A DNA stretch of 63,113 bases, filler included, from Olpidium bornovanus S191 (GCA_017911155.1; 32 parts of 32 records of this genome joined end to end with filler, not necessarily neighbours in it); one strand, 5' to 3'; positions 47,201 to 59,579 are shown, counted from the whole stretch's first letter. A program made the numbers and translations. The notes: generated by a model from the sequence alone, not told the origin.

Positions 47201-47806
47201 TCCTTCCTCCCTTTGACGTCTCACTACAAAGTGGGGAATCCGAGGAAGAACCATCCCTTTCGACCAGCCCCTTTTGCTCTCCGCTCCCCGCCGCGCCCGC
47301 GCTTCGCCCTCCGCCGCGCCCGCGCGCCACCTCCGCCGCGCCCGCGTTCGGCTCTCGCCGCGCCGCCTTCCGCCGCGCCATCCGAGGTCCTTTCGACCAA
47401 CAAAAACCACGTTGTCGTTCCTCGCGTTCGACGCCGCGCGCTTTGCTTTCTGCGCCGCTGCGTTTGTCTGTTTTCGCAGAACTTTTTCTGCGTCGCTCTG
47501 CCATCGTTTCGCCGCAGCACCCGTTTTCGCGCTCGCTTTTTCTGCTTGTTTTTGCGCTTGCGTTCGTTTCCGCGCTTGCGTTCGTTTGTTTTCGCCGCCG
47601 AAACGACGACCGTTTGCGTTGTCTTCGAAACGCCGCTTTCCCGTCGCTTTTGCCTGCTTGGCCCTTCGCCGCGCCCGCGCTCCGTCCCCGCTGCGCCCGC
47701 GCTCCGTCGCCGCCGTGCCCGCGCTCCGCCGCCGCCGCGCCCACGCTCGCCCGCCGCCGTTTTTGTTTTTGAGCTTATTTTTGCTCACTGAGCTTATTTT
47801 TGATCA

Positions 47807-48487
47807 TTGCGCTTTCGTCTTTGTTCGCCCCATTGCTCTTGCCGTCGACGACAGCCGCCGCCAATGCCCTCGCCGCGTCGTCGACGCCGTAAAGGCACGA
47901 CGCCGCTGCCGCTGTCGCCCCACATAACGGCGACCCGCACCGCTCTCCCGCCGACGGCCATCGCGCCCTCAAACCCGTCGAACTCTGCTGTTCGTTCGGC
48001 CGCGTCGTCCCCCGCGCTCGTCGCCGCGTCGTCATCCGCGCCCGTCGACCCCGCCACCGTCCCCATCCCGCCGTCGCCGTCCTTCGACGCCCGGATAACC
48101 CTACCGCCGCTTCGCGTCCCCCTGTTCATACCTGAACAAACCGCGCCCGACGCCACTTCCGCCGCCACACCCGCCGCGCCCGCCGCTTCGTCCGCCCGTG
48201 TCGAAAACCCGGCTTCCGCCCCCGCCATCGACGTTCTCCTTCGACAGCAGAAGCTGGCTGGCCTCGCTGAGTGGCACGCTTCGATCGTTGCCCGCGTTGG
48301 TGCTGTTACCGCGGCTCCGCTTTTAACCGACGTTGACGCCACCCTTCCTGCCATCGTCGACGACCCGTCCATTTCGTTGCAGGAGTTGAGCGTTACCTGC
48401 GCCTCGCTCGCCGAGCACCTCATCGAGATGGCTGCCTCGTACCGTGCGCCGAGCCGCTCCCTGTCGCTTCTCCAGGCGAGCCTCGAC
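47807..48487 (+). CDS. Hypothetical Pro/Ala-rich ORF within the retroelement-debris contig (3' partial)
   Basis: Open for more than 220 codons to the contig end, with a helical C-terminal part (DVLLRQQKLAGLAEWH..). No family recognised; possibly TE-derived. Confidence 0.35.
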
Positions 48488-48981
48488 NNNNNNNNNNNNN
48501 NNNNNNNNNNNNNNNNNNNNNNNNNNNNNNNTTAATTAATTAANNNNNNNNNNNNNNNNNNNNNNNNNNNNNNNNNNNNNNNNNNNNACTCTTGGGGCGT
48601 GAGGGGCAGCCAATGCAGCATCACCAGCAACAGCTGTTGTAGTTTCCTGAAAATCAATCATAAATCAATCATGCATGCTTCTGGTTACCCTACGAGAACG
48701 GGAGCCGCCTGCGGTGAGATTAATCCAGGGTATGCGGAACCATTCGCCACTCGTTGATATGCAAGTTTTTATAAATCAACGCCCGGCATCACATCAAAAC
48801 GGTGTACTTTTGGAAAATACGATCGTATAAGCAAGATCTACATATTGCGGTTATGAGCCGGTCATGGCGCAAAAATGCACCGCTTAACTTCCCGGTCACA
48901 GGCAAAAAATGTTCACCGCTAAGTAACGAAGGAAGTCGGTTTGCGTCCCCTAGCTCCGGCAAGTCGGGGACCACGGCGAAA

Positions 48982-49386
48982 CTAGTCAAGAGCGGCGGAC
49001 CTTAGTCTTACGGAATTCGGCCGGAGGAGAGGGTCACAGCGACGTTCGTCAACAGCAGGCGACGGCGTCGTGCACTTCTGCTTAAACGTGACCTCGGTGA
49101 GATTAGCCGACCCGGCACTTTTGAACTCCACGTGAACGGTTCCAATCCAGAGAGCGTCTTCAATTTGTTTGCATCCATCAATGAGACTGCGGTCGACTTG
49201 GACCACTCGACCGAACTCGTTTAGTCCCAAGACATTGACCGTGTCCCACAGCGTTCCTTCGCCGTTCTCCTTCGGTTGGCAAATCGTAATAGGTTCGGGC
49301 AGAAGTCCAGGCGATTGCGCGAATGCCGACAAAGTGAAAACCACGGCCAGCGTGGCGACGATAGGCGCAAGTCCAGCGAACTTCAT
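48982..49386 (-). CDS. Small secreted protein (signal peptide, 4 Cys)
   Basis: ATG followed by MKFAGLAPIVATLAVVFTLSAFA|Q, a classical signal peptide. 134 aa if unspliced; the 3' end could contain an intron. Confidence 0.7.
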   Translation of the reverse strand: MKFAGLAPIVATLAVVFTLSAFAQSPGLLPEPITICQPKENGEGTLWDTVNVLGLNEFGRVVQVDRSLIDGCKQIEDALWIGTVHVEFKSAGSANLTEVTFKQKCTTPSPAVDERRCDPLLRPNSVRLRSAALD

Positions 49387-49516
49387 TTTTTTTATTTTAT
49401 TTTATTTTTCTTTTTCTTTTTTTAGAGAAAAAGAATCGGTAGGCGAGACAAAACCCGACCGGCGGACGAAACGTTTTGCGCTGGCTTAAGCCCCGGTTTT
49501 ATGCGCCTACAGTCGC

Positions 49517-49550
<34 letters not shown>

Positions 49551-49942
49551 ATCTCCTTTTGCTTTTTGCGCGCTTGCGGACTTCACCCCCGCCCCCCTTC
49601 CTTCGGACGGATGAATTTCCCCCGTCGGAAAATTTTCTTAACGCCACTCGATCGGATTTTGGGCCGCTCGAGGATACCCCCCACCCCCTCCCCCCAGATC
49701 CCGCCCAGCATGGAAAAGTGGTTTCCGCAGGGGCCCCACAATTACCCCCTCCCACTCCGTGGGTGCGAAGTGAATGGGCACGCGCCGGCTCTCGCCACGG
49801 TTTCCCGGATTCCCTCCCCCGTTCCCCATCAGAATGGGGCTCGTTTTTGGTAATCCCCCTTCTTTTCCTGTAAATTCCCCACGGATGCCAACCATCCGCC
49901 AGGAAAGTTTCCCCGCCCGAAACAGACCGGTCCATTTTCGCC

Positions 49943-50356
49943 TGTTTCCATCTGTTTCCGTCCGGTCCATCTCCGTCTGTTTCCATCTGTTTCCGTCCGG
50001 TCCATCTCCATCTGTTTCCGTCTCCGTCTGTTTCCGTCAGTTTCGTCTTGACTCGGTTGGTTCCAACATCCCGAGGCCTCTCATGCCTCCTCCACCCCCA
50101 CCCCCTCCCACCCACCCCCCCTTCCACCCCCTTCTCCCCATCCCGCAAAGAAAATAGAAAACGAAAGCCTTCTGCAAAGTTGCGGGCCGAAATTTCGTCC
50201 CGTCCTTTCTTCTTCTCGTTCCTTTCGGAAACGACGGGGAGGATCCGTCATTCTTCCTCGTATTTTGACAAAAAAAAAAAATCACAACAGGCCCGAAGCC
50301 TCCCCACCCTTCTAAAAACGGGGAGGATCCGTCATTCTTCCTCGTATTTTGACAAA
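49943..50356. repeat. Minisatellites upstream of the secreted-protein gene
   Basis: 35-bp unit TGTTTCCATCTGTTTCCGTCCGGTCCATCTCCGTC at 49943 and 49978 with partial further copies; 39-bp direct repeat ACGGGGAGGATCCGTCATTCTTCCTCGTATTTTGACAAA at about 50234 and 50318. Confidence 0.9.
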
Positions 50357-50388
50357 GAAAACATCAATAGGCTTCTAAAAACGTGGAG

Positions 50389-50424
<36 letters not shown>

Positions 50425-50808
50425 AAATCGCGCGCGGGCCGAAAGTTTGCCCGTCTTTGTAGGGGGTATGCAAAGTTAAGAACCCGATGTTAAAAAACGG
50501 GGGTGGGGGGCGGGGATTAAGACGTTCGGCCGCGCAGCGCTTCCCGGCCCGGTTTGAAAAAAAATAGTTGTGCGGCCCGAAAAGAAAAGACCCTCCTTCC
50601 AAAAAAGCCGTGAAACGGCCGCCGTCATCGTTTTTTTCTTTCCTTTTGGCAAACGTTCAAAATTCCGAAAATTCAAAAATAAAAGGTCTACCGGTCCGAC
50701 CAAAAATGNNNNNNNNNNNNNNNNNNNNNNNNNNNNNNNNNNNNNNNNNNNNTTAATTAATTAANNNNNNNNNNNNNNNNNNNNNNNNNNNNNNNNNNNN
50801 NNNNNNNN

Positions 50809-51560
50809 CATGCAATGCCAGCCCGACGGAACGGAAGTGGCCTGGATTTCGAGCGCAGACGGGAAAATGGTGCATTGTTGGGTTGCTGTGGGAAGCCGTG
50901 ATGCGCGAAGCGCCGGTCGCGCGGAGATCGACGCCGGCCGCGGAGTGGCGGTCGGTGTCGACGACGATGGCGCTCGGGAGGATTTTTGGCTGCGGCGGTC
51001 GGCGTGAGGGAGCCGGACGCCACGAAACACTTTGTACCCTCGGAGGAGCGAGTGCAGTCAACGCATAGGGAGGCGCCGTTCGGGCGAGTCTTCGTAATTC
51101 GGGCGCAAGAAAATGATGACCGGGGAGAGCTAGGCTTGGCTTGGCACGTGCCGGCCTGCGTCGTTGGGGGGCCCCTGAGGCGTCGAGTGCGGCGCAGCTT
51201 GGCAGGACTGTCGCTGGGTGAGTCCGATGACTATTCAATGGCAGATGTCGGCGTTTATGAAGAGGTGCTGGCCGACGATGCCGCGGACGGCCTTGAGCGA
51301 GCAATGCAGATGGGAGGCGCCGCGGGGCGCGTCCGGTTGGCGTCTCTCGCCGAGATCGATCTGCTGCGAGACCTGCTCGATGAAGCGACGCCGGGAACCC
51401 GGGCGCGGGGCTATGCGGCGTATAAGCCGGGGGCAAAAAAGGTCACGCCGCTCGCCGAAGAGTTGCCGGAGGATGCGCATGCGCGGATCGAGAGGGCGCG
51501 GGAGGAGCCGAGGCTTCGCTCGGTGGACCAGATCGGGCACCGGTTCATGTCGCACTTGAA
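50809..51560 (+). mobile_element. Probable fungal Ty3/gypsy-like pol fragment (protease-to-RT linker)
   Basis: AAYKPGAKKVTPLAEELPED resembles the YKPVAKKVRPV..LPE motif that precedes RT in fungal gypsy-like polyproteins. The reading frame is disrupted and RT itself is absent. Confidence 0.45.
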
Positions 51561-52078
51561 CCATAAGCCCGACTACACCTGTTCTAGCCTAAGCCCGTTT
51601 TCTCACACACACAAAATAAAACAGAACACAACAAATAAAACGCAACGCCGTCGTCATCCCCGTCGTCATCCCAACCAACAGGTTCTGAGCCCTGAGACTA
51701 CCACCTCCACAGCGCATGCGTCAACCATGACGCCGCCCCTTTCACGGTCTCCGCCCCCGACCGCAGGAACCGCTAAAAATGTGCCTCCGCCCCCGACCGC
51801 AGGACCCGCCAAAAACGCGCCTCCCGTGGAAGCCGGCACCGGCGCCAGCGCCTCCCAAAAGAGCGCTGACCAGCGTATTCGCGATCTCGAAAAACAGCTT
51901 CCAACCGAGAAAACCGCGCGCGAACGTGCCGAACGCCAGCGCAAGAGGGGGAAGCCACCCATGNNNNNNNNNNNNNNNNNNNNNNNNNNNNNNNNNNNNN
52001 NNNNNNNTTAATTAATTAANNNNNNNNNNNNNNNNNNNNNNNNNNNNNNNNNNNNNNNNNNNNGCGGGGGGCGGGGGG

Positions 52079-52139
<61 letters not shown>

Positions 52140-52225
52140 GCGGCGCGTTTCACTTTAATTCGTTGGCGCAGACGTGGACATAACGCAAGCCCTCCCCCCG
52201 GTCTCTCTCCCTCCCGCCCACGCAG

Positions 52226-53227
52226 CGTTCGACCCGGCGATCATGCGGGAGATGGGCGAGATGGGCATGCTCGGAAGCACGATCCAGGGCTACGGCTGCG
52301 CTGGCGTGTCGTCCGTCTCTTACGGCCTGACCGCCCGGGAGATAGAGCGCGTGGATTCGGGCTACCGGTCCGCCATGTCAGTTCAGTCCTCCCTGGTCAT
52401 GCATCCCATCTACGCGTACGGCAGCGAGGCGCAGAAAAAAAGATACTTGCCGGAACTGGGTAAGGCGCGGGAAGATCTGTTCTCGACGCGCGAATTCATT
52501 GCCGCCGTCGTATCTGTTTCCCTTCTGCATTGTTACTTCCCGGCTGTTGTTCCTACATCCCCGCCTCGACGCACCGCTGTATTCAGGGATTATGTTTTTT
52601 TGTGAACTTTCGCTGACTTTATCGGTGGCCGACGTTCGAACTCGATGGCAGCCGCGGGCAAATTGATCGGCTGCTTCGGCCTGACAGAACCCAACCACGG
52701 CTCCGACCCGGGCGGCATGGAGACCACGGCGCGGCGGCAATCAGACGGGAGCTTCGTGCTGAACGGCAGCAAAACTTGGATCACCAATTCGCCCATCGCC
52801 GACGTCTTCGTCGTGTGGGCGAAAGTGCCCGAGGAGGACGGTGCAATCCGCGGGTTTGTTCTCGAGAAGGGCGTGAGCGGCCTCACCGCTCCCGCCATCA
52901 AGGGCAAGTTCTCGCTGCGCGCGAGCATCACCGGCATGATCATGATGGACGACGTGCGCGTTTCCGCCGACTCCATGCTGCCGAACGTCAAGGGCCTCAA
53001 GGGCCCGTTCGGCTGCCTGAACAACGCGCGGTACGGGATCTCCTGGGGCGCGCTGGGCGCCGCGGAGTTTTGCCTGGCGCAAGCCAGGGAGTACACGCTC
53101 AACCGGTGGGTGTCGGAAGGCCGTGCGGAACGGCGCCCGGGCCGGTCTCTCGCGCTTGTTTTTCGTCCGCGTCTTATTCCTCGACGCGCGAACTTAAATT
53201 GCCGCGGGCTCGGCACGCACGTTTTTC

Positions 53228-53258
<31 letters not shown>

Positions 53259-53562
53259 CCCTCCCGCCCCCACAGGAAGCAATTCGGCGTACCGCTCGCT
53301 CGCTTCCAGCTGGTCCAGAAAAAGCTCGCCGACGCGCAGACGGAGATCGCCATCGCCCTGCAGGCCGCCCTTCAGGTGGGCCGGCTCAAGGACGCCGGGC
53401 GCCTGGCTCCGGAGATGGTCTCGATGGTGAAGCGCAACTCGTGCGGCAAGGCGCTCGACGTCGCCCGCGCCGCTCGAGACATGCTCGGGGGCAACGGCGT
53501 CAGCGACGAGTACGGCGTCATCCGGCACATGTGCAATCTCGAGGCGGTGAACACGTACGAAG
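52226..53562 (+). CDS. GCDH: Glutaryl-CoA dehydrogenase (partial at both ends)
   Basis: [37 protein letters not shown]; intron 52460-52651; [19 protein letters not shown]; [16 protein letters not shown]; [19 protein letters not shown]; [23 protein letters not shown]. Confidence 0.97.
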
Positions 53563-53695
53563 GTACGTCCGGAGGGAGGGAGGGAGGAGGAGGAGGGCGA
53601 GGGTGCGCGGGGTGCTTTGACGAGGGTTGCGCGGGGGCGGGCGAAAGAGGAAAGATGCAGCGCACGCGGGGGGCCGCGGGGGGAGGGGGCGGGGG

Positions 53696-53729
<34 letters not shown>

Positions 53730-54177
53730 NNNNNNNNNNNNNNNNNNNNNNNNNNNNNNNNNNNNNNNNNNNNTTAATTAATTAANNNNNNNNNNNNNNN
53801 NNNNNNNNNNNNNNNNNNNNNNNNNNNNNCATGGTGGGCCTGCCAGGAAATGATGATTGATTTGACCTCAGCGCAACGACACTGACTGACTGTGGGGCAT
53901 CCGGTATCGTCACGACGCCGACGGGCCACACGCCCGTCCTCGTCCCCACCTTGCCTTGCGATGCTATGGCAACCGCCAATCCGCGGGGTCGCCACTGTCT
54001 CTGCCTGGGCGAGGACGCCAAGGCGCGGTTCTTGCCGAGAGTTGCATGGAGACGCGCCGGTTGACCCATCGCCAAGCGAGAACCGGCGTCAACCGGAACG
54101 AGCCGGCGCTACTTTGGAAAGCCCCTGCTGTCCTTTTGACCCACCAAACGCTTTTTCTTTCCTGCAGTGATTAGGTC

Positions 54178-54762
54178 ATGCCATCCGCCGTGCGGATCCC
54201 CGCTACCAGAATCGAAGCGCCGAAAGACTTGTCCGTGGACACGTCGGTCGGCATCGCCGCCTCGAAACGCGGCGGCCGCATCCAACTTTCCGGTTGGTCC
54301 GACTCGTCCTCGACGGCCATCGACAACCCGCGGCCGGTAACGTTACATTCCTCCGCTCCAACATTGAACGGAACGCCGGCCGCTGAGCGCAATGGAGACG
54401 ACCGCTACAGAAGCTGCCGGGACGATGACGAGGAAGAGGACGACGAGTTCCTTTCCTACGTCCACCGGCTGACAAGTACTCTTACGCAGCGGACGAGATC
54501 GATCGAAGAAAAGCGGATGAGCGTCCGGCGCGACGAGATGCTGGAGACGCTCTTGCGGGCTACAAAAGCACCGGACGGTTCGACGGAGTCCGTCGTGGAC
54601 GGGACGCTCATCACGGCGCCGGGACTCTCGGCCTTGTACAAGCCCGACCCGGCCGTCGTCGTCGCCAAAGCCGGCGAACGCTGCTTAGAAACCGGGGCGG
54701 CGAACGATGACCAGAAGCAGTCTTTCGTCCCGGCCGAGCTGCCCGAAAGCGCGAAAGAATGT
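54178..54762 (+). CDS. Hypothetical protein, probable first coding exon
   Basis: ATG at 54178 just after an acceptor-like TTTCCTGCAG. About 195 codons with an acidic patch and a predicted helix (DDEFLSYVHRLTSTLTQRTRSIEEKR). No family recognised. Confidence 0.5.
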
Positions 54763-54970
54763 CATGTCCGTTTTTTTTTTGTATTGTATCGCATTTCCGC
54801 CGGCTAGTCCTTAGGGATTTTGTAATTGATTGCTCAAGGTATTTTGCCAACTGACGCCCCGGGGAACANNNNNNNNNNNNNNNNNNNNNNNNNNNNNNNN
54901 NNNNNNNNNNNNTTAATTAATTAANNNNNNNNNNNNNNNNNNNNNNNNNNNNNNNNNNNNNNNNNNNNCA

Positions 54971-55807
54971 TGCCAACGATCGCTCGTGCTGGTTGCGAGG
55001 CGGTCGACGAGGGATGCGCCGGTTGCGTGCGTCGCCGCCCCGTCGAAGGAAAAGGCCGAGCTGATGGCGACCACAGCGAGGACCTCGGACGATTTTTTGC
55101 TTCAGGACTTCCGGACAGACACGTCCTCGTCGTGCACGCTGCATTCGACGATATCAACCGTGAGCGTTGCCGCGCTCGACGAAGCGGGAAAAGCGCGCGG
55201 CGCCGGGGCGGCGGAGGACGCGGAGTTTAAGGGGTGCCCCGCGGCGGCGCCGCCGCGCCCGGCGACGCCGGAGCCGAAACCGAAGACGAAGTCGAGGAGC
55301 AAACCGTTCTCGGCCCGCAGCGCGGGCCGGAAACGTTCAGACCGCTGGGCCGGCGACGTCGGGAAGCGGCATCCGGCGAAGCCGGAGGCAGACGCGGACG
55401 CGGCCGGAAAGCAGGGAATTTTCGCCGACGGCGAAACCGGCCGGCCCGCCCCGGGCGCCGAACCCGCGCACCCGCAGAAGGGTCGGCCCCCGAGTTCCGC
55501 GCGTCGCCCCACGTCCAAGGACCGGTCCCGAACGCCGGCGGCGGCGGCGGCCCCGGCGGCGGGTGCCGGCGACAACGGCGCCGCGCCGGGAAAAAAGCCC
55601 ACCACAGCCCGCGCGCGCTGCGCCGTCTGCAACAGGCGGCTGCCGCTCGTCGCCGCCGCCTTCCGGTGCCGTTGCGGAAAGCCGTTCTGCTCCAACCACC
55701 GGTACTCGGACCGCCACACCTGCACGTACGACTACAAGGCGGAGGGCCGCATCGCGATCGCCCGCGAGAACCCGTGCGTGGTCAGCAAGCGGCGCGAACG
55801 GCCGTAG
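54971..55807 (+). CDS. AN1-type zinc-finger protein (second paralogue; 5' end uncertain)
   Basis: C-terminal [47 protein letters not shown]. Confidence 0.9.
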   Translation, partial: CQRSLVLVARRSTRDAPVACVAAPSKEKAELMATTARTSDDFLLQDFRTDTSSSCTLHSTISTVSVAALDEAGKARGAGAAEDAEFKGCPAAAPPRPATPEPKPKTKSRSKPFSARSAGRKRSDRWAGDVGKRHPAKPEADADAAGKQGIFADGETGRPAPGAEPAHPQKGRPPSSARRPTSKDRSRTPAAAAAPAAGAGDNGAAPGKKPTTARARCAVCNRRLPLVAAAFRCRCGKPFCSNHRYSDRHTCTYDYKAEGRIAIARENPCVVSKRRERP

Positions 55808-57047
55808 CCGCGACTGGCTGGGATGTAGTGAAAATCGCAGAAGCTAGAACGGGGCTGGGGCGAGGACTGCCCTGCTTCTCCTCCCTTCCCCCCCCTTTCC
55901 CCACGATCTTTATTGCGCGAACGTTCACCATAGACCCACAAGCCATCCCCAACGAAAGAACCACAAGTACCACCTTAGACTTCCTGTTACAGATTTCCCA
56001 CAAAGGACAACACAAACCTCCCATGTTTCTCACGTTGGAAACTGCCGTAATGTGCAAGCATGCGTAAACATTCATCTCCTTGATCCACGCGACCCTTCCT
56101 CCCATATTTTCGGTTCTGCCCCGCGGCGCGCGGACGGTTTGTCAGGACGGGTGGGAAGAAGGTCCGGTGCGCGCAGGGNNNNNNNNNNNNNNNNNNNNNN
56201 NNNNNNNNNNNNNNNNNNNNNNTTAATTAATTAANNNNNNNNNNNNNNNNNNNNNNNNNNNNNNNNNNNNNNNNNNNNCATGCAAAAAAAAAGTAAACGA
56301 GAAAGGGAAACCGCGGGGTGAGGGGAGTTGACCGCTGAGGCCAAGCAAAAGAGAATAAAGCGCGGGACTCCCCGGCCGCGCGTGCGGTCTTCGCCCGTCC
56401 TCTCTCCGATTTCTACGAAGCCCGCATCGGGGGCAGTGCGTGCGGCGAGCACAGAGCACAAATGAAAAAAAAAAAAAAAAAAATAAAGGGGTGATGATTA
56501 CCAGAGGGGAACGGTTGGCTTGCTGGTGCCTGGAGCAGGGGGACAAGACGGTGCCTCTCCGTCAGGGCACCGGAAGAGCGTTCTCTGGTTTTCGGCCGCG
56601 AGCGGACGGGCGTCCCGTTGCAACTGCCGCTGCGACTCGACTCTTTTGGCGTCAGTTCGCATCCCCGTCGACACACGTACACACGTTCGCGCGCCAGCTG
56701 GTACTCTCAGCGTAAGAACCGTTGGATCCGAAGAAAGTCCGGTGCTGTCACCAATTTGGTTGCGCGAAGAGGAGACAAGAACCGCCAAACAGCCAAAATT
56801 CGGGGTGTTTTTTTTTCGAAGAGAAGACTGTGCGAAGAGCTGCTGTTGTGATGCAAAACGTGCGCTCCAAGAAACGGGTACGCGCGCAAGGTCGGAGCTA
56901 AATTGGCCGAGAAGGAGGGACCTCTTGGTCGCCAAAGAGCGTCGCAAAAAGTTTTTTTTCTTTTGGCAATAGAAGCTCGAGGACGTGGGCGGGGAAAAAA
57001 AAAGGGGGGGGGGGGGGGGGGGCGGGGAAGGCGAGCAAATCGTGTTT

Positions 57048-57303
57048 TTACCACTCGACTACGTTGCCCTCGTACCAAAATTTGCCGTTGCCGTGAACCA
57101 CCTTCGAGTCCGGGGCCACGCACAAGTGCACGATGGTCTCGGCACCTTGGTCTGGAGTGGATTTGGGGGATCGGTCAAAGCGCTACGTCGACCGGCGTTC
57201 GCGGCGGTTACGTCCGACACCGTCTACAAACTTCGAAAACGACGCCCGCATCTCACCCGCGGACTTTGGCGCTCTGTCCCCCGCCATATCCGTGCGGCAC
57301 CAG
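57048..57303 (-). CDS. Carbonyl reductase (CBR1-like SDR), last two exons
   Basis: Spliced WCRTDMAGDRAPKSA|DQGAETIVHLCVAPDSKVVHGNGKFWYEGNVVEW* matches the CBR1 C-terminus WVRTDMAGPKATKSPEEGAETPVYLA..HGQFVSEKRVEQW. Confidence 0.85.
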
Positions 57304-57305
57304 CT

Positions 57306-57344
<39 letters not shown>

Positions 57345-57758
57345 CNNNNNNNNNNNNNNNNNNNNNNNNNNNNNNNNNNNNNNNNNNNNTTAATTAATTA
57401 ANNNNNNNNNNNNNNNNNNNNNNNNNNNNNNNNNNNNNNNNNNNNCATGAATGGAATTCGCCCGTTATGAAAACAGACGAGTCACCGGCCACGCGCCTTC
57501 GGGGTGCCCCCAACACAGCCAAGCCCTCGTTTTTTTCATCTTGCGCGCTCGGCCTGCCCGCGCGTTCAGCCCCCGGCGGGCACCGAAACGCTCAACAGCG
57601 CGTGCGTGCGTGCGTGCGTGCGCGCGAAGAAGAGTGCGTGTTTGACCGCCCCTGGACGCGCCTTTTTTTTTTTTCTGCGAACCGCGTGGGCACTCCTCCG
57701 CTCCCCGACCCCTCCCGCCCCGCGGTCCCACCGGCACGCCGCGCGCTCCCCGCGCGGG

Positions 57759-58010
57759 CTAAAACCCGCGGCACACGGTTTGAGCGCGACGAGAGGCGGA
57801 CCAGACGCAAAAACAGGCCTTTTCTCCCCGTCCCGTTCCCCATTACCCCTTGCAAGAGGAAAAAATTAGAAAAAGAAAAAGGGGGCTAAAACCCGCGGCA
57901 CACGGTTTGAGCGCGACGAGAGGCGGACCAGACGCAAAAACAGGCCTTTTCTCCCCGTCCCGTTCTTCATTACCCCTTGCAAGAGGAAAAAATTAGAAAA
58001 AGAAAAAGGG
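57759..58010. repeat. Near-perfect 127-bp tandem duplication next to the tRNA-Val terminator
   Basis: Copies starting CTAAAACCCGCGGCACACGG at 57759 and 57886. Confidence 0.95.
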
Positions 58011-58026
58011 TTGTGAAAAATAAAAA

Positions 58027-58100
58027 TGTTCCCATCCGGGTTCGAACCGGAGACCTTAACCGTGTGAAGGTTACGTGATAACCAACTACACCATGGAAAC
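58027..58100 (-). tRNA. tRNA-Val(CAC)
   Basis: Minus strand GTTTCCATGGTGTAGTTGGTTATCACG-TAACC-TTCACAC-GGTTA-AGGTC-TCCGG-TTCGAAC-CCGGA-TGGGAAC-A, followed by a T-run terminator. Confidence 0.97.
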
Positions 58101-58898
58101 TTTCTTTTGATGTTCAAAAAAGGCGTCAGGGACTTTCGTGACACAATTGAGAACCGAGGCTTTTCTAAACAGCTGACCGGCATTTGATACCGACGTAAAC
58201 GCCGCCACCTAAAATGATACGGACGGTACGCGGATGTTTACGGGCAGCACGGTCGTCACCGAATCATGCTGCGCGCGCCAGGGATTTGCTGAACAGAGTG
58301 GCCGGGTCAGTGTCCGTCTCCTACCTGCGGCTTTCGGTGAGATGGAATGCAAACGTTTTAACCGGTCGCCATAATAGACGAACCACCTGCGGATGGCGAT
58401 GAAATGCAAACGTCATGTGTCAGTGCGATTTGGCGCCAACCCACCAATACACATTACGAAACAGCATAGAACAAACAATTCCCGAACCGTTACGTCTGGG
58501 TCTACAAGAGTTTTTATTCCCTTTTCTTTTTATAATCGCGAAGGTTCGGGTCTGCAGCGCAAGTCTCCTTTCAAATTATCATTATATACCTAATAGACAC
58601 ACTAAAACGTAGTCGCACTGGATGCAGGCCTGAGATATCCGTGCAAGGCGGGAAGCGGCCGCAGGTATTGGCCAGTGGCACCTCCGCGTCGCACCCCCGC
58701 ATTGGGTTTGCTCGCAGTGTCGCAAGTGCACGTGAAAGCCTCAACCAATTGCAGCGGCGGAGCCGATGACGACCAACGGAGGACGGGCGGCGGCCATGNN
58801 NNNNNNNNNNNNNNNNNNNNNNNNNNNNNNNNNNNNNNNNNNTTAATTAATTAANNNNNNNNNNNNNNNNNNNNNNNNNNNNNNNNNNNNNNNNNNNN

Positions 58899-59579
58899 CC
58901 GGAACAAGCCATGATCGTTTGTTCTGATCACAGATTTGCCGTTCACCGACACCTCCATCCCGAAAGGCTTGTACGTTATCGTGGCGCTGCCGGCGGCATT
59001 CCCGCTCGGGAAAAGGAGAGTGGCTTTCTGATCGTCCTGCTTCATCTGCACATCTTGAGCAGCGGCAAGACCTTCCTCCAAGAGAACGTGGTCGGCCGCG
59101 CCAGTATACCGCCGATGGAGGCCATTTTCCTCGTCAACGCGTAATCGCAAGACCTTTCCCTCTCCAAGCACATCCAGGGTCAAGGATAAAACGCCGCCGT
59201 CGGCTTCTTTCGTCGACTCGTCCCGGATCAGTCCGCTTAAACGCGAAATTCCGGACGTGAACTTGAGAGAACCTGGCACGACAGAGTAGGTGGACACGCG
59301 TGCTTCCACGGAGGCATCCCCGCGCTGCCTCCGGCAGAAAGAGGACTGGGAACATGTCTTGAAGTCTTGATGTTTAACGGCGGCGGGCTCGTTCGGGAGC
59401 ATGAGCGTGACCGCGGCGGCGACCCAGAGCAGGAGCGCGAGAAAGGGGCGAGGGAAATGCCGCGCGGCTGTCGCCGCCGTTGCTGCTGCCTGTGCGCCCC
59501 CTCCTCGTCCCCCTTCTCCTCCTGCTCCCGGCCTGCGCCGCCGTCGTGGTCGGGGCACAGTTGGCGGAAGTCGAGCCAT
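58899..59579 (-). CDS. ROT2: Glucosidase II alpha subunit (GH31; Rot2/GANAB), N-terminus (3' partial)
   Basis: ATG at 59579, hydrophobic signal segment, then AVKHQDFKTCSQSSFCRRQR..VLRLRVDE..RY..ITYKPF..VNGKSVIRTNDHGLF. Confidence 0.92.

Noticed and set aside
48849-48859. Second GGTTATGAGCC PBS-like 11-mer (and a degenerate one at about 23208)
   Set aside because: No adjacent LTR end or gag in the right orientation; compatible with chance or unresolvable debris.
52064-52137. Long poly-G/poly-C tracts as G-quadruplex elements (also 7970-8012, 12288-12317, 31595-31697, 36798-36852)
   Set aside because: Mostly pure homopolymers at or near contig ends. Their lengths are unreliable and may be sequencing artefacts.
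58325-58414. Imperfect direct repeat CCTGCGG..ATGCAAACGT upstream of tRNA-Val
   Set aside because: Only two short degenerate copies; no supporting function.
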